A stretch of 64,000 nt of DNA, from assembly GCA_001002285.1 (NCBI GenBank), contig LCLX01000002.1, positions 131,827 to 195,826 of the forward strand, written 5' to 3'. The number at the start of each line of letters is the position of its first letter. Positions within the stretch are counted from its first letter, which is position 1. The notes under the pieces are model-generated. The model worked only from the letters and a program-made list of their open reading frames with translations, was not told where the DNA came from and did not search any database. The stretch is from Microgenomates group bacterium GW2011_GWC1_46_15. Its GTDB lineage: Bacteria > Patescibacteriota > Microgenomatia > UBA1400 > UBA12028. Shown piece after piece: positions 28,429 to 37,516 of this stretch. A program made the position numbers and the translations under genes.

Positions 28429-30438
28429 ATGGACTTGCGGAAAACCACCATCTTTCTTTTTCATCTTCTCGTTATCTTTATTCCTCTTTTCTTCTATGCA
28501 AAAACAGACGAACTGTTCGAGTTCAATAAAATCATGCTGACGTATGTGTTTGCCGTTGGCATTGTCGGGGTGTGGGTTGCGCGAATGATTATAGAAAAAC
28601 GTGTGATATGGAAAAAAACACCATTCGATATTCCGCTTGCGGTATTTCTGATCTCACAAATCCTTTCAACGATGTTCTCTGTGCATATGCGAACGTCTTG
28701 GTTTGGGTACTACTCAAGATTTAACGGCGGATTGCTTTCCATTCTTACCTATATCTCGCTCTACTATGCGTTCATCAACACATTCAAAAAAGAGGAGGTA
28801 TTTGCGTTTCTCCGCACAGTATTATACGGCGGTCTTATGGTGTGTTTGTATGCAATTCCAGAACATTTTGGCCACTCGCCGAGCTGTTTGTTTATTACAA
28901 ACAAGTTTGACGTGCAGTGCTGGGTGCAAGACGTGCAGTCGCGCGTGTTCGCAACGTTCGGCCAACCAAATTGGCTTGCCGCATACCTTATTATGCTGAT
29001 TCCACTCGCGTTTGGCTTTTTGATTGATGGATGGAAAAATTGGAGTCATAGACTTATATATAGTGCGCTCATTATTGTGTTTTTTGCGACGTTGCTTTTT
29101 ACCGCCTCACGATCGGGACTGCTCGCGCTCGCCATTGGTGTCATTTTGGGCGGCGTATTATTTTTCGCATGCACTCTTTTTTCAAGATCCGCGCAAGGAC
29201 TCATGCGCACCATGTGGAAACCACTTACACTCACAACCATCGTATGTGCCGTATTATTTTTTGTGTTTGGCAAACCATTTGTTCCATCACTCGAAAAATT
29301 TTGGAAAACTATTACACCAGTAACAAACAATACGGCATCACAATCCGCTACTCCCGTCCAACAATCCGGAACACAGCTTGAATCTGGTGGAACAGAGTCT
29401 GGTGTTATCCGTTCTATTGTATGGAAAGGCGCAATGCAAGTGTGGAAACGGTATCCCATATTTGGGTCAGGCGTAGAAACGTTTGCGTACAGTTACTATG
29501 CTGATCGCCCCATGGAACACAACTTGGTTTCTGAGTGGGATTTTTTGTATAACAAAGCACACAACGAGTTTTTGAACTATCTTGCGACAACCGGCGCGTT
29601 TGGATTTCTCAGTTATCTTTTGCTGATCGGGTGGGTATATGTGTGCGCTTTCCGATATATGTACGCTTCATCGTCTCCCCGTTCCACGCTTTTTACCGTG
29701 CTCATTCTTTCTGGTTTTACCGCGCTTCATGTCTCAAACTTTTTCGGCTTCTCTACCGTATTTGTAAGTATTTTGTTTTATCTCACACCAGCGTGGATTG
29801 TTATGCTTTTTTCCGAGGATGAGGGTTATCAAAAGAAAAGGCGCGAAGGACTTTCGTTGTATCAATGGATCGGACTCATTTCGCTTCTCATTTTTGCAGG
29901 TTATCTGTGGAGATCGGTCTGGCGGTTGTGGCAAGCCGATATTGCATACAGCTTAGGAAAACAATATACCGCAGCACAAGCAGCAACCCCCGCGTTTCAA
30001 TCACTCCAAAAAGCAATTGATCTTTCTCCAAACGAAGCGCTGTTCCATGATGAACTTTCTTCACTCACCGCAACATTGGCTGTGTCCGCATCAACACAAA
30101 AACAAGCATCGCTTTCTGCCCAACTTATGCAGCTTGCGCTCGCGGAATCAAATACAACGCTGAGTTTGAATGCAGTACATCTCAATTTTTACAAAACGCG
30201 CGCGCGTGTACTCATTACACTCTCGCAGCTAAACCCCAAATATTTGGATGAAGTAAAACTTGTGTTAGAAAAAGCGCATGAACTCGCGCCAACCGATCCC
30301 AAGCTCGTATTTAATCTTGCGGTCATTGCCGAGTCGCAGGGAGATAAAGCGAAAGCAAAACAGTTATATGAAACGGCGATACAGATGAAACCGGATTATG
30401 GCTCAGCAAAAGATAGACTTAAGGGGTTGGAAAAGTAA
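28429..30438 (+). CDS. O-antigen ligase/Wzy-C family membrane protein with C-terminal TPR
   Basis: FEFNK, ATFGQPNWLAAYL, TASRSG, PIFGSGVETF, KAHNEFL; TPR tail; start placed at MDLRK. Confidence 0.88.
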   Translation: MDLRKTTIFLFHLLVIFIPLFFYAKTDELFEFNKIMLTYVFAVGIVGVWVARMIIEKRVIWKKTPFDIPLAVFLISQILSTMFSVHMRTSWFGYYSRFNGGLLSILTYISLYYAFINTFKKEEVFAFLRTVLYGGLMVCLYAIPEHFGHSPSCLFITNKFDVQCWVQDVQSRVFATFGQPNWLAAYLIMLIPLAFGFLIDGWKNWSHRLIYSALIIVFFATLLFTASRSGLLALAIGVILGGVLFFACTLFSRSAQGLMRTMWKPLTLTTIVCAVLFFVFGKPFVPSLEKFWKTITPVTNNTASQSATPVQQSGTQLESGGTESGVIRSIVWKGAMQVWKRYPIFGSGVETFAYSYYADRPMEHNLVSEWDFLYNKAHNEFLNYLATTGAFGFLSYLLLIGWVYVCAFRYMYASSSPRSTLFTVLILSGFTALHVSNFFGFSTVFVSILFYLTPAWIVMLFSEDEGYQKKRREGLSLYQWIGLISLLIFAGYLWRSVWRLWQADIAYSLGKQYTAAQAATPAFQSLQKAIDLSPNEALFHDELSSLTATLAVSASTQKQASLSAQLMQLALAESNTTLSLNAVHLNFYKTRARVLITLSQLNPKYLDEVKLVLEKAHELAPTDPKLVFNLAVIAESQGDKAKAKQLYETAIQMKPDYGSAKDRLKGLEK

Positions 30439-30440
30439 GA

Positions 30441-30644
30441 TTACTGCAAAATTCTTCCCGCAAAATACCTTTGAAGTGTTTTGGGAATATTTCTTTTTCC
30501 GGTATTTTTTATATCATCTTTAATGAACTGGACAACATCCACAAGTTCCTCCCGAGACATCGAGCTAAGATGCTCATTGAGAACCGCTCTTTCTGTTTCC
30601 GTGAAATCGTGAAGTAATTCGATCTCTGCTTGAAAATCTAGCAT
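30441..30644 (-). CDS. small hypothetical protein
   Basis: MLDFQAEIELL...; fills the gap without overlap. Confidence 0.5.
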   Translation of the reverse strand: MLDFQAEIELLHDFTETERAVLNEHLSSMSREELVDVVQFIKDDIKNTGKRNIPKTLQRYFAGRILQ

Positions 30645-30669
30645 ATTTTCCCCATGGTACAATACCACC

Positions 30670-31284
30670 ATGCGAAAATCTATACTCTCTGTCCCCAATC
30701 CCATCCTCCGCGCAAAAAGCATTGCCGTTGATCCCAAAAAAGATGCTAGTCTCATTAAAAAATACAGTGCAGACCTTGAAGAAACGCTTTCCAAAAAAAA
30801 TAAACCCAAGGGTGTTGGACTTTCTATGCCTCAAATCGGCAAAAATGTGCGGATTTTTTCTACACTTCTCCCGCCATCTATTAACGTTGCAGATAGTGGC
30901 CGGCCGCCAAAAGACGACAGTGACGACGTAGAGGGAGAATCTGTACTTACCACATATCTCAACCCCGTTATTCTTGAAACATCAAAAGAATTTACGTTTG
31001 GTCCCAATCCAAAAGAACCGTTACTCGAGGGGTGTTTGTCTATTCCTTCGATCTATGGCCCAGTACCGCGGTATACTTGGGTGCGACTTTTTTATCTTAC
31101 GCCAGATTTTAAAACCCAAGAAGGAATATTTCATGGCTTTTTTGGCCGTGTGATTCAACATGAATTTGACCACTTAGAAGGTATTTTATTTACCGACTAC
31201 GTGCTCAAACACAAACTTCCGCTCTATGAAATGCATGGTAAAACAATGAAAGAAATCGATCCCAATATCGCAAAGTCGTTTTAA
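30670..31284 (+). CDS. def: peptide deformylase
   Basis: GVGLSMPQIG, EGCLS, QHEFDHLEG. Confidence 0.97.
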   Translation: MRKSILSVPNPILRAKSIAVDPKKDASLIKKYSADLEETLSKKNKPKGVGLSMPQIGKNVRIFSTLLPPSINVADSGRPPKDDSDDVEGESVLTTYLNPVILETSKEFTFGPNPKEPLLEGCLSIPSIYGPVPRYTWVRLFYLTPDFKTQEGIFHGFFGRVIQHEFDHLEGILFTDYVLKHKLPLYEMHGKTMKEIDPNIAKSF

Positions 31285-31285
31285 T

Positions 31286-32206
31286 ATGGCAAACATTCTT
31301 CTTGCTGGAACGCCGCAGACCACAATTACTGTTGCACAAGCGTTGATGAACGCTGGACATATATTGGTTGGTGTTATCTGTCCGTTTCCAAAACAAATTG
31401 GACGAAAACAGATTGTTACGCCGTGCGAACTGGAAATTTGGGCAGTTCAACACCATACTCCGGTGTTTCATGTGGATCGTACGATTTTACAAAACAAAGC
31501 TTTGGAGTTACCACCCGCCGATATGCTGGTTGTCGCTGATTTTGGCTTCCTCATTCCCGCCTGGCTTCTTCATCATCCATCACATGGTGCATTAAACCTT
31601 CACCCATCGCTGTTGCCACGGTGGCGCGGAGCAGTTCCCGTTCCGCTTACGATCTTAGCGGGCGATACAGAAACCGGCATCACCATTATGAAGATGAATG
31701 AAAAGTTTGATGAAGGCGCGGTTGTTGCACAAAAACATGTTGAAGTACTGCCGGACGACACAACTCCGACTTTGCTCACTCGCGCGTTTGAGGTTGGTGC
31801 ACAACTACTCATTGAGATTTTGCCGAAATACCTGACAGGCACACTGCAAGAAACTCCTCAACCAAAAGACTCGCTTACCCCGACCACCTTCCGGTTTACT
31901 CGAGAGGACGGATTTGTGCCACTAGAGATGCTTAAAACAGCAATAAACGGTAAAAAACTGGTCGGAACACTTCCCCTCCTTGAGAAATATCACATTCCAC
32001 TCACGGTTGAAACACTCGAGCGCATGGTTCGCGCGCTCACCCCATGGCCAGGAGTATGGACTAAACTACCAGACAGAAAACGGGTAAAGATTTTGGAAAC
32101 GAGAATCGAGGGAAACCAGCTAAAGCTCAAAATGATCCAATTTGAGGGAAAAACCACGGAGCGCATAACCAACCACCATTCCTTATGGAGTGGGCGGGGT
32201 TCCTGA
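31286..32206 (+). CDS. fmt: methionyl-tRNA formyltransferase
   Basis: NLHPSLLPRWRGAVP, ETGITIM, RALTPWPG; adjacent to def. Confidence 0.95.
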   Translation: MANILLAGTPQTTITVAQALMNAGHILVGVICPFPKQIGRKQIVTPCELEIWAVQHHTPVFHVDRTILQNKALELPPADMLVVADFGFLIPAWLLHHPSHGALNLHPSLLPRWRGAVPVPLTILAGDTETGITIMKMNEKFDEGAVVAQKHVEVLPDDTTPTLLTRAFEVGAQLLIEILPKYLTGTLQETPQPKDSLTPTTFRFTREDGFVPLEMLKTAINGKKLVGTLPLLEKYHIPLTVETLERMVRALTPWPGVWTKLPDRKRVKILETRIEGNQLKLKMIQFEGKTTERITNHHSLWSGRGS

Positions 32207-33277
32207 TTGATTCCCTCGTGCAACGTATCGTCCAAGGCCTGTAACACGCGATAGAGCTGTTTCTGCAGTGTTTTGTACTTGTCCCAATTTTTGCAGAACC
32301 GCCAACAGAATGGAACTTACATCACGCATTTTCTCATCAACTTTGCTAAACCCCGTATCAACTTTTTTCGCCAGTTCAGCTTGATTTTGTGCGATGCCCC
32401 TAACTCCTTCTTCCACCCGATTGACTATTTCTTTCGTTCTCCGCAACTCTCCCTCTCTTGCCTGTGTATCACGCATTGCCCTCATATCTCTCGCATGTAT
32501 TGCCGCTAATGCCTCCGTTGTGAGTATTATTCCCATTCCTAGTAAAGAGAATACCGTAATGCCTGTTTCCGCCAGTAGTCTGATTCCAGAAAGGAGATGA
32601 TGACTTAATTCTAAGTTTTCCATATCATTACTCTTTCTCCTTCTGTATGCCGTAAGTAGTAACGCAGTGACCAATGTTATTGCCATTCTCCAACGGGCAA
32701 GCGCCGTGGCAACTCTCGCCTTTTCAGCCAAAGCTTCTGGTAGTTGAATTGTAAAAATGTTCGAAATACCCGCAAAATACTCTTTATATGTAGCTTTTGG
32801 CGCTTCATCATACTGGCCAAGATTTGCTAGTACACACGCGGCAACAACATCCGCCTCTGCCCGCCGATCTTCTTCCGAAAGAAGTACTTCATCTTGCCAA
32901 GAAATGTGCCCCCAAAGCCATGTATTCTCCCCGTATGGGGGGAAAAGCGAAAGACTCATCTCTGTTTGGACAGATGACAGCGGAATTCCGGGAGGAATGG
33001 TCAATATCCATGGAGGAATTGATAACTCTGTTCCTTTAAACATCTGCAAAACATCATCGGGAAGTTCCACTTGTTGCTGACATCCCTCCGCAGAGTATGT
33101 AATGCGCGGTCTTCCATCTGGAGAACCATCCGAAGAAGGTTTTGCGATAAATCTTTGTAAGCTATCCGCCGAGGGAGTACATGCCACAGTGGCAACAGCT
33201 GTTGCTAAAGCTGCAGAAAGCAGGTGGCGTATGTGACGAAGTTTAGGTCTCGGGTTATTATCTGGTGTTTGTACCAT
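32183..33277 (-). CDS. hypothetical lipoprotein with internal TM segments and C-terminal coiled coil
   Basis: Lipobox-like AVATVAC after a basic/hydrophobic N-terminus; two further hydrophobic stretches. Confidence 0.55.
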   Translation of the reverse strand: MVQTPDNNPRPKLRHIRHLLSAALATAVATVACTPSADSLQRFIAKPSSDGSPDGRPRITYSAEGCQQQVELPDDVLQMFKGTELSIPPWILTIPPGIPLSSVQTEMSLSLFPPYGENTWLWGHISWQDEVLLSEEDRRAEADVVAACVLANLGQYDEAPKATYKEYFAGISNIFTIQLPEALAEKARVATALARWRMAITLVTALLLTAYRRRKSNDMENLELSHHLLSGIRLLAETGITVFSLLGMGIILTTEALAAIHARDMRAMRDTQAREGELRRTKEIVNRVEEGVRGIAQNQAELAKKVDTGFSKVDEKMRDVSSILLAVLQKLGQVQNTAETALSRVTGLGRYVARGNQSGTPPTP

Positions 33278-33372
33278 AAAGCCTTTTCGAATCAATAAGG
33301 CCTATAATTGTATCATAAAGGATCTTGAGAGTACATTATTGTTATCTTTAATCTCCTAAAAATTCTTAGCCA

Positions 33373-34275
33373 CTATTCTTCATCAGGAAACAGTTCTTCC
33401 CCTTCTCCTTCGTCTTCGTGTGTATCCCCATTTTTTCCCTGATTTCGAAGAGTAAATTTTCCTTCAACTACCTCACCACCAGCTACAGGGTGTTTTCCAT
33501 GCCATGCTGAAGTTGCACCGTAACCAATCGCGCCAAAGAAACTTCCTATTCCTTCTCCTGTTTCATGTGCCATATCATTAAATGTTCCCCCTAACAATGC
33601 TCCAAAGAACGCACCCGCACTTCTTCCCCATTTCGCACCGGCTTGAATAAATGCAGCATCATTGAGAATTCTGATTTGGGCCGCTCGTCGAGCGTTTGCA
33701 AGTGCATTGGGAGTAGCAAGACCATCAGCTGTAATGTCTGCTGTCAAGATGATTATCCTCTCCGCTGCTTGACGAATCGGGTGTGGAACGGCCTTCCACG
33801 CTGCAGTTCCACGAATTTGAATCGCCGCCATGACTTCTCTTTGCGCCTGTTGAGCTAAATCAAGACCTCCCAACAGCATAATAACTCGTTCAACTTCAAC
33901 GTACCTGTTTAATAACATACGCGCCACAACTAAAGACTTTTCAAGTCCATCTGGTCCGTTAACATCCATTCCGCGTTCTTGAAAAAATTTTTGTAAATGA
34001 CTGGCAAAATTAATAGGTTCAGTAAGCTGTGTTTCATTGACCGCAGCGGCAGCTATCTCTTTGAGAAGACTCAACACCGCCGGAGCATCCTCTCTGTATT
34101 CAATAGGTGTCCCAGAGGGTGTAATAACTTTTACTCTCTTTTCTCTTGTGGTTGGATCGACAAAAAATTCAACGCGTGTTCTTCCCAATTTTTCTACCGG
34201 GGCAACTGGGACAAGCGCGCTTTCCTTTTTATCATCTTTCCCCCTCAGTGTTTCTGTTGTGTTTGCGGGTGGCAT
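33373..34275 (-). CDS. hypothetical protein with glycine-zipper-like C-terminal region
   Basis: AAAGGAGG SD; GRSAGAFFGALLGG...GEGIGSFFGAIGYG; acidic tail. Confidence 0.65.
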   Translation of the reverse strand: MPPANTTETLRGKDDKKESALVPVAPVEKLGRTRVEFFVDPTTREKRVKVITPSGTPIEYREDAPAVLSLLKEIAAAAVNETQLTEPINFASHLQKFFQERGMDVNGPDGLEKSLVVARMLLNRYVEVERVIMLLGGLDLAQQAQREVMAAIQIRGTAAWKAVPHPIRQAAERIIILTADITADGLATPNALANARRAAQIRILNDAAFIQAGAKWGRSAGAFFGALLGGTFNDMAHETGEGIGSFFGAIGYGATSAWHGKHPVAGGEVVEGKFTLRNQGKNGDTHEDEGEGEELFPDEE

Positions 34276-34400
34276 TTTTCCTCCTTTATGTTTAGTACAC
34301 TATATTCGACGTGAATTATATGCCAACCTGTCAAATAATGCGATACTTGAAACAAATTTGAGGATTAGTGTGCTGTTTTCTTTATGGATGGAGAAAGAAA

Positions 34401-34607
34401 TTATTTTGCGGAAGTCTTTGTGGGAGTCTTTTTCGCATGTGCTATACGAATACACGTCGTGCAAAGAAGAACACGGATTTTCACCCCATTCACCATCATG
34501 TGTGCATGATGTAGGTTTGGTTTGCGCATGTGCGCGTGGCGGTTCTTGGCATGAGATACCAAATGGCCAAAATCAGCTGTTTTATGGCAGGTGTAGCAGG
34601 TGTTCAT
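34401..34607 (-). CDS. rpmB: 50S ribosomal protein L28
   Basis: CYTC...GHLVSHAKN...KPNL...LCTTC. Confidence 0.93.
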   Translation of the reverse strand: MNTCYTCHKTADFGHLVSHAKNRHAHMRKPNLHHAHMMVNGVKIRVLLCTTCIRIAHAKKTPTKTSAK

Positions 34608-34665
34608 AGAGGGGAATTGTATCAGATCAATCCAGACATGAAAAGAGGCATGCTAGAATGCGTAC

Positions 34666-35283
34666 ATGCTTCCCACCATCCTCTCCGACCCCCTCTTCTT
34701 CCTGTTTACCGCCGTTGCGCTGGTCGTTGCTATTACCATGCATGAGTTCGCACACGCCTGGATGGCTGATCGGCTCGGTGATCCCACTCCTCGAGTACAG
34801 GGCCGCCTCACCCTCAACCCCCTCCGCCACCTGGATCCCCTAGGAACGCTCATGCTGCTGGTTACCCGCTTTGGCTGGGGAAAACCGGTTGAGTTTGACC
34901 CATACAACCTCAAACACCCCCGCAGGGATTCGGCAACCATCGCGCTGGCAGGTCCCGCAAGCAACTTGGTAACCGCCGGCGCACTTTCGCTCCTCCTCCA
35001 CATCGTAACTTTGCCCGCAATCCTCGAGTTTTTCTTTACTACGCTTATTCTGTTTAGCGTGACGCTGGCAATTTTTAATCTGATTCCTATTCACCCGCTT
35101 GACGGCGGGAAAATCGCTGTTGGTTTTCTGCCAAAAAACATTGCGTACGAGTGGGATATGACCATGCATAAATATGGCGTGTTTATTCTGATTTTCATGC
35201 TTCTGCCGTTTGGGAACAGTCAGTCGCCAATCAGCTATCTTCTTCTACCAGTTGTGGATGGGATACTCAAGCTTTTGCTATAG
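34666..35283 (+). CDS. site-2 protease family (M50) protein
   Basis: HEFAH, GRLTLNPL.HLD, AGPASN, FNLIPIHPLDGG. Confidence 0.93.
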   Translation: MLPTILSDPLFFLFTAVALVVAITMHEFAHAWMADRLGDPTPRVQGRLTLNPLRHLDPLGTLMLLVTRFGWGKPVEFDPYNLKHPRRDSATIALAGPASNLVTAGALSLLLHIVTLPAILEFFFTTLILFSVTLAIFNLIPIHPLDGGKIAVGFLPKNIAYEWDMTMHKYGVFILIFMLLPFGNSQSPISYLLLPVVDGILKLLL

Positions 35284-35310
35284 TGTATGGGCGTGATATA
35301 ATTCCCTCCT

Positions 35311-35541
35311 ATGTTAGAAATGATGGCTCCATCAACCAAAGAAGTGGTTTGGCGCACAATCCACATGGAGGGTTTACCAAATGGCGTGACGGTGTTTTCA
35401 GATGGACAAGGAAATGTTTGTGTCACTTTTAATACATATCCTTCTGGAGAGGGGCATCGTCTCAATTTCTCTCAACGGGAAGCAACGGTTGCAAATATTA
35501 ATGCCCAATTAAAGGCTTTTAACATTCGGCCGCATATATAA
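35311..35541 (+). CDS. hypothetical protein
   Basis: 76-aa ORF preceded by TGATATAAT 8 nt before ATG. Confidence 0.5.
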   Translation: MLEMMAPSTKEVVWRTIHMEGLPNGVTVFSDGQGNVCVTFNTYPSGEGHRLNFSQREATVANINAQLKAFNIRPHI

Positions 35542-35559
35542 CGTGTGTATACTGTAGAC

Positions 35560-35895
35560 GTGCCAATCACTACGCTTCTTTTTGATCTTGCCCACGTTCT
35601 TCTTTTCCCAAAAGATAAAACGTACACGGAAAAGTTGAGTACACTCCATAAAACAGTAAAACATACTTCGTCATATCGTTTCTCCGATTTTTTCGAGTTT
35701 AATACAGGACTCAATAAAAAAGACCCGTAATCTTATCTTGTTATTGTGAAAAATCTTAATCTACCACCACAGGAAATTTTTTTCACCGACGACACACAAA
35801 CCAATGTTGACGCAGCAAACACCGCTGGACTGCATGCAGTGCTGTACGAAAACAACATATAACTTATGCAAGAAATCATCCGTTGTATTGCGTAG
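35560..35895 (+). pseudogene. HAD-family phosphatase pseudogene
   Basis: LLFDLAHVL (motif I)...GLNKKDP*SY...IFFTDDTQTNVDAANTAGLHAVLY (motifs III/IV) in one frame, with two in-frame TAA and an apparent internal deletion. Confidence 0.75.
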
Positions 35896-35915
35896 TGTTG
35901 CAATACGCCGCTATT

Positions 35916-35942
35916 TTACCCCTTGAGTGCTTTGCAGAACTC
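35916..35942 (-). repeat. 27-bp copy of a tatA 3' end (direct repeat with 36987-37013)
   Basis: TTACCCCTTGAGTGCTTTGCAGAACTC vs CTACCCTTTGAGTGCTTTGCGGAACTC, 24/27 identical; encodes EFCKALKG* vs EFRKALKG*. Confidence 0.8.
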
Positions 35943-36059
35943 CATAATGAATCGGCTTGTCCAGATTCAAACATTGTCTACCTGCCCATCAAAATTTTCC
36001 TCGAGAAAAAACACAATTTCTCTCTCGATTTTTGGTGGAGGAAATGATACTATATCGCT

Positions 36060-36266
36060 ATGTATAATTGGTCAGTACATACACCACGACTCAAAAAAAA
36101 TCCTCGAGCATACAACACATTCGTACTCGAACAACGTATTAATTTTGGTCTCAATGGAAAGAAACTTTCACGTAGTTTGCTCAAGAAGTACTGGAATGAG
36201 CTTGTGATTGATCCGCACAAACGAACATTCCTCGAGAAGATTATATGGACACAACCCTCACTCTAA
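36060..36266 (+). CDS. small putative antitoxin partner of the AbiEii-type nucleotidyltransferase
   Basis: MYNWS...LEQRINFGL...KYWNEL.IDP; overlaps the start of the downstream toxin-like gene. Confidence 0.65.
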   Translation: MYNWSVHTPRLKKNPRAYNTFVLEQRINFGLNGKKLSRSLLKKYWNELVIDPHKRTFLEKIIWTQPSL

Positions 36267-36901
36267 GACAAAGAAAAGCGTTGAAATGCATCGCACGAAC
36301 AAATCTGGCAAAACAATTCTACTTTACCGGTGGAACGGCATTGGCGCATGTCTATCTTCACCATCGCAAATCTGAAGATTTAGACTTTTTTAACGAGCAA
36401 GAATTTGATCCTCAACAAGTGACGAGTACACTCAAAACATTTCAGCGCGCACTCGGATTTATTTCGTTTGATTACCAACAGAGTTTTAATCGCAACATCT
36501 ACATGCTTCGATTCGATCAAAGCAAATTCTTGAAACTAGAGTTTACGTTTTTTCCATTTCATCAGATAGAAAAACCATCAGAAAAAGAAGGTTTACTTGT
36601 TGATAGCATCCTTGACATTGCAACGAACAAACTCTTTACTATTGCCCAAAATCCTCGAGGAAGAGATTATTTTGATCTATATTGCATTGTACAAAAGTAT
36701 CACTATACCGTGGAAAGTTTGCGGATGTTTGCTAAACAAAAGTTTGACTGGCATGTTGATCCTCTTCAATTAGGATCGCGATTCCATGAAGTTGCGCAAC
36801 ATCTTGACGACCCGATTCTTGTAACATATGTTGAACATGCTTTGGTTGTGAAATTTTTTCAGGACGAAGCGATGAAGTTTACATCGCAAATTATCGGGTG
36901 A
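36245..36901 (+). CDS. AbiEii/AbiGii-family nucleotidyltransferase (type IV TA toxin-like)
   Basis: FYFTGGTALA...HRKSEDLDFF, NKL, RGRDYFDLY. Confidence 0.9.
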   Translation: MDTTLTLRQRKALKCIARTNLAKQFYFTGGTALAHVYLHHRKSEDLDFFNEQEFDPQQVTSTLKTFQRALGFISFDYQQSFNRNIYMLRFDQSKFLKLEFTFFPFHQIEKPSEKEGLLVDSILDIATNKLFTIAQNPRGRDYFDLYCIVQKYHYTVESLRMFAKQKFDWHVDPLQLGSRFHEVAQHLDDPILVTYVEHALVVKFFQDEAMKFTSQIIG

Positions 36902-36986
36902 TGACGAATAATTCATCTAACACACAAGCCAATAAGGTAATTTTTCATACACCTTTTAAATATTTTTCGGTGCTCCTCATCCGCTC

Positions 36987-37127
36987 CTACCCTTTGAGTG
37001 CTTTGCGGAACTCACGGATTGCTTCGCCAATGCCGCGAACCAACTCGGGGATTTTCTTTCCGCCGAACAGGACCAACAGCACTACAGCGATGATAACAAT
37101 CTCGGTAGATCCAATGTTTTTAAACAT
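36987..37127 (-). CDS. tatA: TatA/E family translocase subunit (copy 1, 46 aa; not in ORF track)
   Basis: MFKNIGSTEIVIIAVVLLVLFGGKKIPELVRGIGEAIREFRKALKG; AAGGAG SD. Confidence 0.92.
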   Translation of the reverse strand: MFKNIGSTEIVIIAVVLLVLFGGKKIPELVRGIGEAIREFRKALKG

Positions 37128-37138
37128 AGTGTCTCCTT

Positions 37139-37321
37139 TTATGCCTTTTTCTTTTCATCCTCGTCCAGAAGGGCTTCTTTCAAATCCTTACTGGCTTTTT
37201 TGAGCTCGCGGCCAGACTCTCCAAGGCCACGTGCAAAATCCGGCAACTTCTTCGCTCCAAACAGAAGCAAGAGGATGGCGGCAATAATAAGTATTTCGGG
37301 TGTCCCGATATTTTGAAACAT
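37139..37321 (-). CDS. tatA: TatA/E family translocase subunit (copy 2, 60 aa)
   Basis: MFQNIGTPEILIIAAILLLLFGAKKLPDFARGLGESGRELKK; AAAGGAG SD. Confidence 0.93.
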   Translation of the reverse strand: MFQNIGTPEILIIAAILLLLFGAKKLPDFARGLGESGRELKKASKDLKEALLDEDEKKKA

Positions 37322-37516
37322 ACCACTCCTTTCTTTTCTTTATATGCGTACAGGCAGGGTCGTACTTCATTCATCCTACCCCACACCCTGATGAAAAAAC
37401 AAGGGGCAGGTCATTGTCCGCGCAAAAAAGAGCAAAATCTATACATATACATATTGACAAACTGCCCATATCTTTTTTACTGTAAGAAATACATACTATT
37501 GGATACCACCTCGTTT

